The notes under the pieces were generated by a model. The model had not been told where the DNA came from. It ran no database searches and saw only the letters and a program-made list of their open reading frames with translations. Made by a program: the position numbers and the translations under genes. This document shows positions 27,380 to 37,866 of a DNA stretch of 49,188 bases, one piece after another. Source of the DNA: Fibrobacteria bacterium (lineage in GTDB: Bacteria > Fibrobacterota > Fibrobacteria > UBA11236); the NCBI GenBank assembly GCA_050486505.1, contig JBJHDK010000011.1:1-49188 (forward strand). Direction: 5' to 3'. Each line of letters starts with the position of its first letter. The stretch's first letter is position 1.

Positions 27380-28096
27380 CTAGCGGTTGGACAGGTTCTC
27401 GAGCTCGCTGCGTGCGCGTTCCACGTACTCGCTGTCGGGGTACGAAGATACCAATTTGCGGAATGCCTCCCTCGCCAGTTCCCGATTCCCGAGCCTGAGA
27501 TGGCAATAACCGATCTTCAACTGGGCATCGTCGTGCTTGTTGTTGCCGGGCATGTCGAAAACCTTGTGGAATGCCGCGAGCGCCGCGGCGTAGTCGCCCA
27601 TGCCGTAGTGGCTCTCGCCGATCCAGTATTGCGCATTGCCGGCGTAGGCGCCGCGCGGATGATCGCGCAGCAGGGCTTCGAAGGCCCGCACGGCTCCCGC
27701 ATAGTCGCGGGCGAAGTAGCGATCGAGCGCCTTGCGGTATTCCGCGGCCTCGTCGGGAGTCACGCGGCGCGCCCCTTGGGGCGCCGGCGCGGGCGTCGGG
27801 CGGGGGGAGAGGCCGGCGTCTTTTCTGAGGCTGTCGAGCGCGCGCTCCTGTTGCTGGATCCGTTCGCCGGTCCATGACAGCATGTGCGCGAGATCCCTGA
27901 CCTGTCCCTCGAGCTCCTGCAGGCGCGAAGACTGGGTTTCGTGCGCAAGGCGCGCCTCCTGTGCGAGACGGAGCGCTTCGGCGGCATCGGCTTCCACCAC
28001 GACGGGGCGGGGCGCGGCGCAACCCGCCAGCAGGGGGATGGAGAACGCGAGGGCGAGGGCGGCGCGAAAGGGCGGCTTCAGGGGAACGGGAGTCAT
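27380..28096 (-). CDS. cpoB: Tol-Pal associated TPR lipoprotein YbgF/CpoB
   Basis: 'LAGC', coiled coil, 'YAGNAQYWIGE', 'K..DA.LKIG', 'YP.S'. Confidence 0.88.
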   Translation of the reverse strand: MTPVPLKPPFRAALALAFSIPLLAGCAAPRPVVVEADAAEALRLAQEARLAHETQSSRLQELEGQVRDLAHMLSWTGERIQQQERALDSLRKDAGLSPRPTPAPAPQGARRVTPDEAAEYRKALDRYFARDYAGAVRAFEALLRDHPRGAYAGNAQYWIGESHYGMGDYAAALAAFHKVFDMPGNNKHDDAQLKIGYCHLRLGNRELAREAFRKLVSSYPDSEYVERARSELENLSNR

Positions 28097-28121
28097 GTGT
28101 GTTGTAGTATATTCACCGCCG

Positions 28122-29540
28122 GTGATTCTGGCAAAATACATCCTCAGGGAGCACGCCGCTCCGTTCTTCTACGCCCTGTTTGTCATCACCTTCCTGTTCC
28201 TCGTCGACTTCCTGATCCGCATTTTGTCCTCGGTGCTCAACAAGGGGCTCGAGTGGTATGTCGTCGCGGAAATCGTCATCCTGAATCTCGCCTGGATGCT
28301 TGCGTTATCGGTGCCCATGGCCGTGCTCGTCGCCGCGCTCATGGCCTTCGGACGAATGTCTGCGGACAATGAGATCACGGCGTTGCGCGCGACCGGGATT
28401 TCTCCCTTGCGGGCGCTGGTTCCGGTGCTGGCTGTCGGGCTCGTGATCGCCGCAGGCCTGACCTGGTTCAACGACAGGATCCTGCCGGAGGCGAACCACC
28501 GTGCGGCGGCCTTGCGCAGCGACATCGCACGCAAGCAGCCCGCCGCACTGATCGCCCCCCGCATCCTCATTCGCGACTTCGAGGGCTACCAGCTTTGGAT
28601 GGATCGGGTGAACCCCGAGACCGACGTGTTCTACGGTGTACGCATCTACCAGCAGGAACGGGGGCAGAAGTTGCGCTATACCTTCGCCGATTCCGCCACC
28701 GTCCAGTATACGCCCGATGGCAGTCACCTCCTCATTCACCTGCGTGACGGCGAAAACCATGTGGTGGAACCCAACGATCCGGATCAGTATCTGAGGGTGC
28801 GCTTCCGCGAACAGACGGCCGCCATCCACAATGTGGATGCCGCTCTCACCCGCGAGGAGCGTGCCTACCGGAGCGATCGCGAGATGTCCGTGTCCGACAT
28901 GGCCAAAATCGTGCGGGACAGCCGCGCGCGCCTCGAAACCCTCCGCGAAGAATTCGCGGGCCTGCTTTTCGATGATCTCCGGGCCTTGGCGATGCGCCTT
29001 TCAAGTGATCCGGCGTCACCCGTCCCGCCCCGCCTTGAGCGCGTCCCCTGGCGCGAGCAGGTGGAGATTCCGCAGACCCTGCTGGCCCGGGCGCACCGCA
29101 TGGAAGGGGGCAAAATCAGCCAGATCGCGCGCTATGAGGCGCGCTCCCGGGCTACCCGCATGGAGATTGCGCAGTACACCGTGGAAATCCACAAAAAGTT
29201 CTCGATTCCTTTCGCATGCCTCGTGTTCATTCTCGTGGGTGCGCCGCTGGGCATCATGGCGCGTCGCGGGGGCGTGGGCACCGGGGTGATTTACAGCCTG
29301 GCCTTCTTCGTGCTTTACTGGGCGGGCATGATCCGCGGCGAAACCCTTGCCGACAACCTCAAGATGTCGCCTTGGCTGGCGATGTGGGGGCCGAACCTGC
29401 TCGTGGGGGCGGGCGGCCTGTGGCTGATCTGGCGCATGGCGCGCGAGAAGTACACCCCCGGGCGCGCATTGCCGGGGCGGCTGTTCGAACGACTGCGCGC
29501 GCGCCTTCGTTTTCGTCCGGCGCCGGGCGGTTCGCGATGA
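28122..29540 (+). CDS. lptF: LPS export permease LptF
   Basis: 'YILRE...PF', 'FGRMS.DNE.TA.RA.G', 'HKKFSIPFAC..F...GAPLG'; GTG start. Confidence 0.9.
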   Translation: MILAKYILREHAAPFFYALFVITFLFLVDFLIRILSSVLNKGLEWYVVAEIVILNLAWMLALSVPMAVLVAALMAFGRMSADNEITALRATGISPLRALVPVLAVGLVIAAGLTWFNDRILPEANHRAAALRSDIARKQPAALIAPRILIRDFEGYQLWMDRVNPETDVFYGVRIYQQERGQKLRYTFADSATVQYTPDGSHLLIHLRDGENHVVEPNDPDQYLRVRFREQTAAIHNVDAALTREERAYRSDREMSVSDMAKIVRDSRARLETLREEFAGLLFDDLRALAMRLSSDPASPVPPRLERVPWREQVEIPQTLLARAHRMEGGKISQIARYEARSRATRMEIAQYTVEIHKKFSIPFACLVFILVGAPLGIMARRGGVGTGVIYSLAFFVLYWAGMIRGETLADNLKMSPWLAMWGPNLLVGAGGLWLIWRMAREKYTPGRALPGRLFERLRARLRFRPAPGGSR

Positions 29541-29565
29541 CCCCTGCGATGCCCGGAGCCATGCC

Positions 29566-30639
29566 GTGAACATTTACACGCGCCACGTCCTCAAGGGATT
29601 CCTGGGGCTCTACCTGTTGTGTTTTCTCAGCGCGACGGCGATCTTCCTCATCATCGACTTCGTGGGCAACAGCCAGCTCTGGTTGACCCGCCCGCCGGGG
29701 GAGCGCACGACCTACTACCTCAATTACCTGCCCTACATCGCCTACCTGATCTCCCCGGTGGCCGCGTTGCTCGCGTCGGTTTTCTCGGTCGGGAACCTGG
29801 CCAAGCACTTCGAACTCGTCGCCCTGCGCTCCGCCGGGGTTTCCGTCACGCGCATCCTTGCTCCCGTCTTGTTCTCGGGCATCGTGCTGAGCGCGGGCAT
29901 GTTCGTGCTGCACGACACCGTGCTTCCCGATGCGAACAACCGTCGTTTCCAGATCCAGGAACCGGGGCCGGGCGTTTTCGACGGGCGCGACCCGCGCGAA
30001 CGCATCCAGTACATCTATACCGCATCCGATGGCACCATCCTGTACTTCCAGCACTACAACGGGCAGCACCGCATCGGATCGATCGTGACCGCCATGCGCC
30101 TGCGCAGCGGTCGCCCCGTGCTGCGGGTCGATGCGATGCAGTTGCGCTGGATCGATTCGGTGTGGACCTTCCGCAACGGAACGCGGCGGGAGTTCTTCGG
30201 CGACTCGGTCGCATCGGAACGTTTCGATGAATGGATCCTGCCCGAGTTTCGCGACCCGCCCGAGGAGCTTCTCGACACGCGACGTTACCCCGACGAGATG
30301 TCGATGGCGGAGCTCTCCCGCCGCATCGGCGTGCTCGAACGCACGGGAGAGCCCGCCCACGCGCTGCGAACGCACTGGCACTTCCGGATCGCGAGTTCGC
30401 TCGTCAACTTTTTCATGGTCGTCATCGGGTCGATGCTGGCCGTCAATGCCGTGCGCACGGGGCTGGCGCGTAATTTCGGGGTCGGGCTGTTCATCACCTT
30501 TCTCTACTATATCGCGTTGCGCATGGGGCTTGTCATGGGTGAAAGCGGGGGCATGAACCCGGTCGCGGCCGCGTGGTTCGGCAACATCCTGTTTTTTCCC
30601 GTCGCGCTCTGGTTGTGGTGGAAGGCGGCGAGGAAGTGA
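29566..30639 (+). CDS. lptG: LPS export permease LptG
   Basis: 'E..ALRSAGVS..RI', 'EMS..EL', 'AAW..N' LptF/G family; follows lptF. Confidence 0.88.
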   Translation: MNIYTRHVLKGFLGLYLLCFLSATAIFLIIDFVGNSQLWLTRPPGERTTYYLNYLPYIAYLISPVAALLASVFSVGNLAKHFELVALRSAGVSVTRILAPVLFSGIVLSAGMFVLHDTVLPDANNRRFQIQEPGPGVFDGRDPRERIQYIYTASDGTILYFQHYNGQHRIGSIVTAMRLRSGRPVLRVDAMQLRWIDSVWTFRNGTRREFFGDSVASERFDEWILPEFRDPPEELLDTRRYPDEMSMAELSRRIGVLERTGEPAHALRTHWHFRIASSLVNFFMVVIGSMLAVNAVRTGLARNFGVGLFITFLYYIALRMGLVMGESGGMNPVAAAWFGNILFFPVALWLWWKAARK

Positions 30640-30775
30640 GAGTTGAGTTATGAGTGGGGGTACGGGGGAGGGCAGGGAAAAGGGTATTGTTTCGGGTTCG
30701 GTCCCCGATCCTTTAAACCCGGCGCCTCGAGCACCTGATCCCGATGGACGCAAGATGAACATGGAGGAACGATCC

Positions 30776-31309
30776 ATGGCTGTGGAACAGGAGGCGCAGG
30801 ATGCGCGGTTCATGCGGCTGGCGTTCAATGAGGCCCTGTCGGGAGCCGACAAGGGCGAGGTTCCCATCGGCTGCGTGCTGGTCAGGGGCGGACAGGTCCT
30901 GGGGCGTGGCCACAACCTGATGGAAACCCTGCGCGACCCGACCGCTCATGCGGAAATCCTGGCCATCGGCGCGGCCTGCCAGTCTCTCGACAACTGGCGT
31001 CTCGACGACTGCACGCTCTACGTGACCCTCGAGCCATGCCCCATGTGCGCGGGAGCGATCCTCAACAGCCGCATTGCGCGCGTGGTTTTCGGGGCCCGCG
31101 ACAAGCGGTTGGGCGCCTTGGGATCCACCTTCGACATCCTCGGAGAAAACCCCATCAATCGCGTCGTCGCCGTGGAAGGCCCCGTGATGGAAGAAGAGTG
31201 CCTGGAGCTTTTGCGCGGTTTTTTCCGCGGGCTGAGGGCCGACAAGAAAGGGAAGGGCGGGGGAACTCCCCGCGAACCTTCCGCCATTGAGGGCGGCTCC
31301 GAAGGCTAG
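30776..31309 (+). CDS. tadA: tRNA adenosine(34) deaminase
   Basis: 'GEVPIG', 'DPTAHAE', 'TLEPCPMCAGA'; GGAGG 8 nt before ATG 30776 (start uncertain). Confidence 0.93.
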   Translation: MAVEQEAQDARFMRLAFNEALSGADKGEVPIGCVLVRGGQVLGRGHNLMETLRDPTAHAEILAIGAACQSLDNWRLDDCTLYVTLEPCPMCAGAILNSRIARVVFGARDKRLGALGSTFDILGENPINRVVAVEGPVMEEECLELLRGFFRGLRADKKGKGGGTPREPSAIEGGSEG

Positions 31310-31320
31310 TACCTTTCCGG

Positions 31321-31444
31321 GTGCTCATCCCGGGAAACCAGGCCCCGCGCAATGCGAGTCGAACCGAACCCCGCCAGGGCGAAAGCAGCAACGGTAGGCA
31401 TCGGCCGCGTGTGCCGCGATCCGGTTTGCGAGTACCGGGATGGG
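31321..31444 (+). ncRNA. ffs: Signal recognition particle RNA (small, 4.5S type)
   Basis: Helix-8 signature CAGG-GC-GAAA-GC-AGCA..CGGTA; ends pair (CATCCCGG/CCGGGATG); promoter TTGAGG-N17-TACCTT; downstream of tadA. Confidence 0.85.
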
Positions 31445-31485
31445 TCCTTGTAGGGGCAAATAATCATTTGCCCCTACAAGGACCC
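31442..31485. repeat. GTAG-type REP doublet / perfect 20-bp palindrome
   Basis: GGGTCCTTGTAGGGGCAAAT-aatc-ATTTGCCCCTACAAGGACCC between convergent ffs and prmA. Confidence 0.8.
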
Positions 31486-31499
31486 TGATCAGGGCCCGT

Positions 31500-32336
31500 T
31501 CACCGCTTCGCGGTGAATCCCCACCATTCCCCCAATGTGATTTCTTCGGCGACCGTGATGCCGTGTGCGGCGATCCACGGGTGCCAGTGCGGCTGGTCCT
31601 CGACGCGCTGTCCAGAGAACAGGAGGCAGCCGCCCGGTGCGGTGCGCGCGAGCAGGGCCTCGAGATAGGGCCATGTCTCGGTGCGGATCATGTTCACCAC
31701 GATGACATCGAAGCGCGCGTCCGGTCGCAGCGATTCCAGTGTTCCCACGTGAAAGAGCACGGAGGTTCCGGAGGGCGGGGGGTTTTCTTCGAGGTTTTCC
31801 CGCAGGCAGGGGCCGGCGACCGGATCGATGTCGAACCCGGACGCGAGGCGTGCGCCGCGCATCGCGGCGTAAAGGGCGAGGATCCCCGTGCCCGTGCCGA
31901 CGTCGAGAACGGTCTTGCCCCGGAGATCGAGCCGTTCCATCAACAGCGCGGCGATGCGCGTGGATTCATGGGCACCGGTCCCGAAGGCCATCTTCGCCTC
32001 GAGGCGAATGACGTGCCCGGCATCGTGCGGCGACTCGACCCAAGGAGGGCAGACGGTGAGTTCCGGCGTGACTTCGACGGGGGTCTGGCGCTCGCGCCAG
32101 CTGCGGTCCCAGTCTTCCCACGGGCTTTCCCCCGAGTCGAGGGCGCGCTCCCCGAAGGCTTCGCGGGCGGCTTGCAGGGAGTCCCCCCCCTCGAAAAACG
32201 CTTTGATCACGCAGTCGGGGCCTTCTTCCTCCTCGGTTCCAAGCGCTCCGCCATCCATGAGAAGCCATTGGTCGGTTTCTGCGTTTTCGGGCGTGGAACG
32301 AAGGCGGAGCCAGTAATAGGTGCGTGGTTGGGGCAT
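31500..32336 (-). CDS. prmA: Ribosomal protein L11 methyltransferase
   Basis: 'DW...W', 'PPW', 'MAFGTG.HEST', 'LDVGTGTGIL'. Confidence 0.95.
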   Translation of the reverse strand: MPQPRTYYWLRLRSTPENAETDQWLLMDGGALGTEEEEGPDCVIKAFFEGGDSLQAAREAFGERALDSGESPWEDWDRSWRERQTPVEVTPELTVCPPWVESPHDAGHVIRLEAKMAFGTGAHESTRIAALLMERLDLRGKTVLDVGTGTGILALYAAMRGARLASGFDIDPVAGPCLRENLEENPPPSGTSVLFHVGTLESLRPDARFDVIVVNMIRTETWPYLEALLARTAPGGCLLFSGQRVEDQPHWHPWIAAHGITVAEEITLGEWWGFTAKR

Positions 32337-32457
32337 GGGCGGGAAAAATAGGTTCGCATTGCGGACCAACGCGCGCTTTGTCAGGATGCACGGTCGCTGC
32401 CCTTCCTATATTTGTCCTTCCTTTAGCGCGGTTTTCCGCGGACGGAGAGGTCGGAGA

Positions 32458-33468
32458 GTGAAGGAAGTCCTGGTACGGAATGCCGATTATGCCTCGATTC
32501 TGGGGGATGCGCGCCAATTCGTCGAGCCCGGGCTTGATCGCGTGCATGTCATCATGGAGTCCGTCGCGGACGGGGCGCCGGGCAATCTCGCGGGGCATTT
32601 GCGCCAGCTGTTGAGCCGCCGCGGCAAGCGCGTCAGGTCCACCTTTCTTCTGTTGCTGGCTCAGGCCGGGCGCGATTTCGACCTCGAGCGGGCCGCTCGC
32701 GTGTGCGCGGCGGTCGAGTTGATCCATCTCGGTTCGTTGATCCACGACGACATCATCGACGGCAGCGATCTGCGGCGGAACGAGAAGACGGCGCACCAGC
32801 GCTGGGGAAACCGGGTGGCGGTGCTGCTCGGCGACTACACGATGTCCAAATCGATGGAACTGGTCTGGGGAGATCCGGATCGTCGCATCCCGTTGAGCCT
32901 GTCCCGCGCTTCGAGCGCCCTGATCCGCGCCGAGATGCTCGAGGTGGAACGCGCCGGCCGCATGGATCTCACGCTGGAACAATACGACGAGATCATCGCG
33001 GGGAAAACCGCGGCACTCTTCGAAACCTGCGGCGAATGCGGCGCCCTGCTGGCCGATTTCGCGGCCGGCGACGTCGCGCGGGCCGCGCGCCTGGGCCGCG
33101 ACTTCGGACTCGCTTTCCAGATCATCGACGATCTTCTCGACTTCGGCATCGGCAACGGCGACCTCGACAAGCGCACGTTCTCCGACGTCAAGAACGGCTT
33201 GCTGACCTTGCCGCTCATTCTTTACCTGAACGCGTGCGGTGAGGAGGAGAAGGCGGAAATGTTGGCCCTGCTCGAAACATCGGGCGAGGAGCCCAGCCAG
33301 CGTCGCATCCGCGAAGCGCTCGAAGGCCACGATGCCTTCGGCATGGCCCGCGCGATGGCGGAGGAGAAGGTACGCGATGGCCTTTCGTTCATCGAAACCT
33401 TGCCCGACTCCCCGGCGACGCACCATTTGCGCCAGGTCTGCTCCCTGATGACGGAACGCTCCTTGTAG
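32458..33468 (+). CDS. Long-chain polyprenyl diphosphate synthase (IspB-like)
   Basis: 'GKRVR', first Asp-rich motif 'HDDIID...RR', 'GKTA', second Asp-rich motif 'QIIDDLLD'. Confidence 0.92.
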   Translation: MKEVLVRNADYASILGDARQFVEPGLDRVHVIMESVADGAPGNLAGHLRQLLSRRGKRVRSTFLLLLAQAGRDFDLERAARVCAAVELIHLGSLIHDDIIDGSDLRRNEKTAHQRWGNRVAVLLGDYTMSKSMELVWGDPDRRIPLSLSRASSALIRAEMLEVERAGRMDLTLEQYDEIIAGKTAALFETCGECGALLADFAAGDVARAARLGRDFGLAFQIIDDLLDFGIGNGDLDKRTFSDVKNGLLTLPLILYLNACGEEEKAEMLALLETSGEEPSQRRIREALEGHDAFGMARAMAEEKVRDGLSFIETLPDSPATHHLRQVCSLMTERSL

Positions 33469-33519
33469 GGGTTCGCGCGCCTCGGGGCAAGGGAACGCTC
33501 GTGCCTGCGTTCCGGCTTT

Positions 33520-33611
33520 CACAATCCACAACTTATATCTTCCAACTCCTGACCCATAACTCATAACTCATAACCCATAACTCATAACTCATAACTCACA
33601 ACTCACAACTT
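33520..33611. repeat. Heptamer tandem array (AACTCAT/AACCCAT/AACTCAC)n
   Basis: cataactcataactcataacccataactcataactcataactcacaactcacaact upstream of acs. Confidence 0.9.
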
Positions 33612-33684
33612 CCCCCCACTTTCCTCCTGCATCCCCCCTCTCTTTGACCTATAATAGGGGACTCCCGTTTTTCGGAGTCTTCAA

Positions 33685-35643
33685 ATGTCCCAGAACATCG
33701 AAAGCGTCCTCAAGGAAAACCGCGTCTTCAACCCGCCGTCGGCGTTCACCGCGCGCGCCGCGCTGCGTTCCCTCGACGAGTACCGCAGCCTGCACAAGCG
33801 CTCCGTCGAGGATCCCGAGGGCTTCTGGGCAGAACAGGCCGCCGGGTTGCACTGGTTCCGCAAGTGGGATCGGGTGCGCAACTGGGACAACCCGCCGTTC
33901 GCGCGCTGGTTCGAGGGGGGCAAGACCAATGTCGCGCACAACTGTCTCGATCGCCACCTGAACACGGCGCGCAAGAACAAGGCCGCCATCATCTGGGAGG
34001 GAGAGCCCGGCGATCGCCGCGTGCTCACCTACCTCGACCTGCATCGCGAGGTTTGCCGTTTCGCCAACGCCCTGAAGGCGCGCGGCGTGAAGCCGGGCGA
34101 CACGGTGGCGATCTACATGCCGCTGGTGCCCGAGCTGGCCGTGGCCATGCTGGCCTGCGCGCGCATCGGTGCGGTGCACTCCATCATCTTCGGGGGCTTC
34201 AGCGCGCCCGCCCTCGTCGATCGCATCAACGACGCGTCCTCGACCGTGGTGATCACCGCCGACGGCGGTTGGCGTCGCGGGCAGATCGTCGAGTTGAAGA
34301 AGACCGTGGACGAGGCCCTGAAGCAGACACCCACCGTGAAGGATGTGATCGTGCTCCGCCGCACGGAGCAGGCCGTGGAGATGCAGGAAGGCCGCGACGC
34401 CTGGTGGCACGACGCCGTCGCCGACATGCCGGAGACGTGCCCCTCCGAAGAGCTCGACGCAGAGCACCCTTTGTTCATCCTCTACACGTCGGGAAGCACG
34501 GGCAAGCCGAAGGGTATTTTGCACAGCACGGCGGGGTACATGCTGGGGGCGCAGCTTTCGACGAAGTACGTCTTCGACCTGCGCGAGGAGGACACCTACT
34601 GGTGCACGGCCGACATCGGCTGGGTGACGGGGCACAGCTATGTCGTCTATGGCCCGCTGTGCAACGGCGCGACCACGGTGATGTACGAGGGCGCGCCCAA
34701 CCATCCCGACACCGACCGTTTCTGGGAGATCGTGGAGCGCTATCGCGTCAACGTCTTCTACACCGCGCCCACGGCCATTCGCGCCTTCATGAAGTGGGGC
34801 GACTCCGCGCCGCGCAAGCATGACCTCTCCTCGCTGCGCCTGCTGGGCTCGGTGGGGGAGCCGATCAATCCCGAGGCGTGGATCTGGTACCACCAGCGCA
34901 TCGGGGGAGGGCGCTGCCCCATCGTCGATACCTGGTGGCAAACCGAGACGGGAAGCATCGCCATCACTCCGCTTCCGGGCGTCACGCCGACGAAGCCGGG
35001 CTCGGCGACCTTCCCGTTCTTCGGGATCGACGCCGCCGTGGTGGACGAGAACGGCGAAGAGCTTCCCAACGGCCAGGGAGGATTCCTCGTCATCCGCCAG
35101 CCGTGGCCTTCGATGCTGCGCACGCTGTGGGGTGACGACGACCGCTTCCGCGAGGTGTACTGGAGCCGCTTCGCCAACAAGGGCTACTACATGGCGGGCG
35201 ACGGCGCCGTGCGCGACGCCGACGGGTATTTCTGGATCCTCGGTCGCATCGACGACGTGCTCAACGTGTCGGGGCACCGCCTCTCCACGATGGAAGTCGA
35301 GAGCGCCCTGGTTTCCCATGTCGCGGTGGTGGAGGCGGCCGTGGTCGGTTTCCATCACGAGATCAAGGGCGAGGGTGTCGCGGCGTTCGTCACGTTGGGA
35401 CCTGAGCATCCGCAGGGTCCCGACACCGCCGCCGCGCTGAAGAAGCACGTGCGCGAAACCATCGGCGCCATCGCCGTTCCCGACCAGATCCACTTCACCG
35501 ATGCGCTTCCGAAGACGCGATCCGGAAAAATCATGCGCCGCCTCCTTCGCGATGTCGCCAACGGCGTGGAGTCGAAGGGCGACATGACCACGCTCGAGGA
35601 TTTGAACGTTCTGGCGAAGTTGCGCGAACAGGAAGAGGAGTAG
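33685..35643 (+). CDS. acs: Acetyl-CoA synthetase
   Basis: '[11 protein letters not shown]', 'DTWWQTETG', 'GRIDDV.NVSGHRL', '[11 protein letters not shown]'. Confidence 0.97.
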   Translation: MSQNIESVLKENRVFNPPSAFTARAALRSLDEYRSLHKRSVEDPEGFWAEQAAGLHWFRKWDRVRNWDNPPFARWFEGGKTNVAHNCLDRHLNTARKNKAAIIWEGEPGDRRVLTYLDLHREVCRFANALKARGVKPGDTVAIYMPLVPELAVAMLACARIGAVHSIIFGGFSAPALVDRINDASSTVVITADGGWRRGQIVELKKTVDEALKQTPTVKDVIVLRRTEQAVEMQEGRDAWWHDAVADMPETCPSEELDAEHPLFILYTSGSTGKPKGILHSTAGYMLGAQLSTKYVFDLREEDTYWCTADIGWVTGHSYVVYGPLCNGATTVMYEGAPNHPDTDRFWEIVERYRVNVFYTAPTAIRAFMKWGDSAPRKHDLSSLRLLGSVGEPINPEAWIWYHQRIGGGRCPIVDTWWQTETGSIAITPLPGVTPTKPGSATFPFFGIDAAVVDENGEELPNGQGGFLVIRQPWPSMLRTLWGDDDRFREVYWSRFANKGYYMAGDGAVRDADGYFWILGRIDDVLNVSGHRLSTMEVESALVSHVAVVEAAVVGFHHEIKGEGVAAFVTLGPEHPQGPDTAAALKKHVRETIGAIAVPDQIHFTDALPKTRSGKIMRRLLRDVANGVESKGDMTTLEDLNVLAKLREQEEE

Positions 35644-35710
35644 GGGGGATCCCGTGCGGACGGCTTGATTCTGGGGGTGCGTTCCCGGTCGCCGAAAGCG
35701 CGTTTCGCGT

Positions 35711-35739
35711 TTGACCCATGGGCATGCCTGCGTTACCTT
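35711..35739 (+). promoter_or_regulatory. Sigma70-type promoter
   Basis: TTGACC-N17-TACCTT upstream of GGAGG and the ATG at 35775. Confidence 0.6.
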
Positions 35740-35774
35740 GGGACCTTGCCCGTTTTGTTTTCGGAGGAAACCCC

Positions 35775-36641
35775 ATGCTCTCTCGCCGTTCCCTGTCGCT
35801 CCTTCCCGCCCTGTTGTCGGTTGCGGGGCTTTTTCCCGCCCTTTCCGTCGCGCAGGACACGGTTCCCGAATACGGTTGGAAGCACACGGCGAGCGGGTCG
35901 CTCAATCTCAGCCAGGCCTATTTCGACAACTGGACCCGGGGCGGCACCGATGCGCTGAACTGGGAGTTTCGCCTCGAAGGCTCCATCAAGGAAAAGCGCG
36001 AAACCTACGAGTGGGAAACCCGCGGCCGCGCGCTGTACGGGCAAAGCCGGCTGCAGGGACTGGGCACACGCAAGGGCTCGGACGAGGCCATGATGGAGAC
36101 CATCTACACGCGCAAGGTTTCGGAATGGGTGAACCCCTTCGCGGCGGCGCGTTTCCAGTCGCAGTTCGCGGCGGGTTACGAGTACGATGACACGCTCGAC
36201 ACGCGCGAGCGCGTCTCGGGGCCTTTCGATCCCGTCTATCTCACGCAAACCGTCGGTCTCGGAAAGTCGTGGGACGACATGTACCGCGTGCGCGTGGGTG
36301 GCGCCCTCAAGCAAACCTTCAGCGCGGTCCGTTACGGCTACGCCAACAATCCCGACACGGACGAGATCGAGACGTTCCGCATCGAACCGGGTGCGAGCCT
36401 GAACCTCGAGGTGCGCCGTTCCGTGATGGAAAACATCCTCTTCTCCAGCGTGCTGGATGTGTTCGTGAACTTCCGGGGCGTGGACGAGATCGACGTTCGT
36501 TGGGAGAACCAGCTCGTCGCCAAGGTGAACGCGCGCATCAACGCCAATGCCGGGTTCGATGTCCTGTACGACAAAAGCCTGTCCGACCGCCGCCAGATCC
36601 GCCAGAGCCTGGCGGTGGGCATTTCGTTCCTGAGCATTTAG
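35775..36641 (+). CDS. DUF3078-like outer-membrane beta-barrel protein
   Basis: Signal peptide, 'W.....LNLSQ..F.NW..GG', 'F.SQF..GY.Y', C-terminal 'RQ.L..G.S'. Confidence 0.8.
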   Translation: MLSRRSLSLLPALLSVAGLFPALSVAQDTVPEYGWKHTASGSLNLSQAYFDNWTRGGTDALNWEFRLEGSIKEKRETYEWETRGRALYGQSRLQGLGTRKGSDEAMMETIYTRKVSEWVNPFAAARFQSQFAAGYEYDDTLDTRERVSGPFDPVYLTQTVGLGKSWDDMYRVRVGGALKQTFSAVRYGYANNPDTDEIETFRIEPGASLNLEVRRSVMENILFSSVLDVFVNFRGVDEIDVRWENQLVAKVNARINANAGFDVLYDKSLSDRRQIRQSLAVGISFLSI

Positions 36642-36705
36642 GGCGCTTCGCCCCTGCCGGCGAGCCGTCAACGAAGCACCCCCTCCTTTTCTATCCTTCC
36701 CGCTC

Positions 36706-36966
36706 ATGAAATTCGAGGATATCGTCGCATTGGCGCGTCAGCGCAAGGCCGAAATGCCCGAGGGCAGCTCCACCACGGAACTGTTCCGCAAGGGCACGGA
36801 CGGAATCGGCAAGAAACTGGTCGAGGAGGCCGCCGAAAGCTGGATGGCCGCGAAGTTCGAAAGCCGCGAAGCGCAGGCGCTCGAACTCTCCCAGGTTCTC
36901 TACTACGTCGCCTGCATGATGGCCGAAAAGGGCCTCACGCTTGAAGAAATCGAGGCCAGACTTTGA
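36706..36966 (+). CDS. hisE: Phosphoribosyl-ATP pyrophosphatase
   Basis: 'R....PEGS.T..LF..G...I.KK..EEA.E'; overlaps hisG. Confidence 0.92.
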   Translation: MKFEDIVALARQRKAEMPEGSSTTELFRKGTDGIGKKLVEEAAESWMAAKFESREAQALELSQVLYYVACMMAEKGLTLEEIEARL

Positions 36967-37802
36967 TCAAGGTCGCACTCCCCAACAAGGGCCAGCTTTT
37001 CGAGCCGACCATGGACATGCTCGCTGCCTGCGGTTACAAGGTCAGCAAGACCCGCCGCGCCCTGTCGGTGCTCGACGACGAGAACGGCGTCGAGTTCTAC
37101 TTCCTGCGTCCGGGAGATATCCCGATGTACGTGGCGAACGGCATCCTCGACGCCGGAATCACCGGCGCGGACTTCGTGGCGGAGAAAGGCGTGAAGCTTT
37201 CGAAGCAGCTCGACCTGAATTTCGGGGGTTCCAAACTGTGCGCGGCGGTGCCGGGGGACAGCGGGATCTCCTCCCTGGAGGGGTTGCGTGACCTGCGTAT
37301 CGCCACCTCGTTCCCGAACATCGTGGGAGCCTGGTTCAAGGGGCACAAAAACCTCGTCGAACTCGAGGGCGCGGTGGAGATCTCCATCAAGCTCGGCGTG
37401 GCCGATGCCATCGTCGACATCGTGGAGACGGGAACGACGCTCAAGCAGGCCGGCCTGAAGATCATCGGTGAGCCCCTGTTCCGGTCGAGCGCCGCGCTCT
37501 ACGCCCACCCCGGACGAGAGATTCAGGACGAGGTCGTCGTGTTGAAGAACCGCCTCGAGGGGAAGCAACTGGCGATGGATTACATGATGGTCGAGTACGA
37601 CGTCCCCGAGGCCGCCCTCAAAGACGCGACCGCCGTGACCCCTGGCATCGAGTCTCCCACCGTGACCCCCCTGCAAAAATCCGGGTGGTTTTCGGTGAAG
37701 TCGATGGTGAAGCGCAAGGGGTCGCAGAAGATCATGGACGACCTGTCGCGCCTCGGCTGCAAGGGAATCCTCCTCACGTCGATCGACAGCGCACGCATTT
37801 AG
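36963..37802 (+). CDS. hisG: ATP phosphoribosyltransferase (long form)
   Basis: 'ALPNKG', 'LRP.DI', 'D.GITG.D', 'GAVE', 'DIVETG.TL', C-terminal regulatory domain; TTG start. Confidence 0.95.
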   Translation: MIKVALPNKGQLFEPTMDMLAACGYKVSKTRRALSVLDDENGVEFYFLRPGDIPMYVANGILDAGITGADFVAEKGVKLSKQLDLNFGGSKLCAAVPGDSGISSLEGLRDLRIATSFPNIVGAWFKGHKNLVELEGAVEISIKLGVADAIVDIVETGTTLKQAGLKIIGEPLFRSSAALYAHPGREIQDEVVVLKNRLEGKQLAMDYMMVEYDVPEAALKDATAVTPGIESPTVTPLQKSGWFSVKSMVKRKGSQKIMDDLSRLGCKGILLTSIDSARI

Positions 37803-37842
37803 CGGGCGCTTCTTTCCCCTCGCGCGGATCTGATCCCTGCGA

Positions 37843-37866
37843 GGGCGACCCATGGGTCGCCCCTAC
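37843..37866 (-). repeat. GTAG-type REP
   Basis: Minus strand GTAGGGGCGACCCATGGGTCGCCC; its TAG is the stop codon of the M64 gene. Confidence 0.75.
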
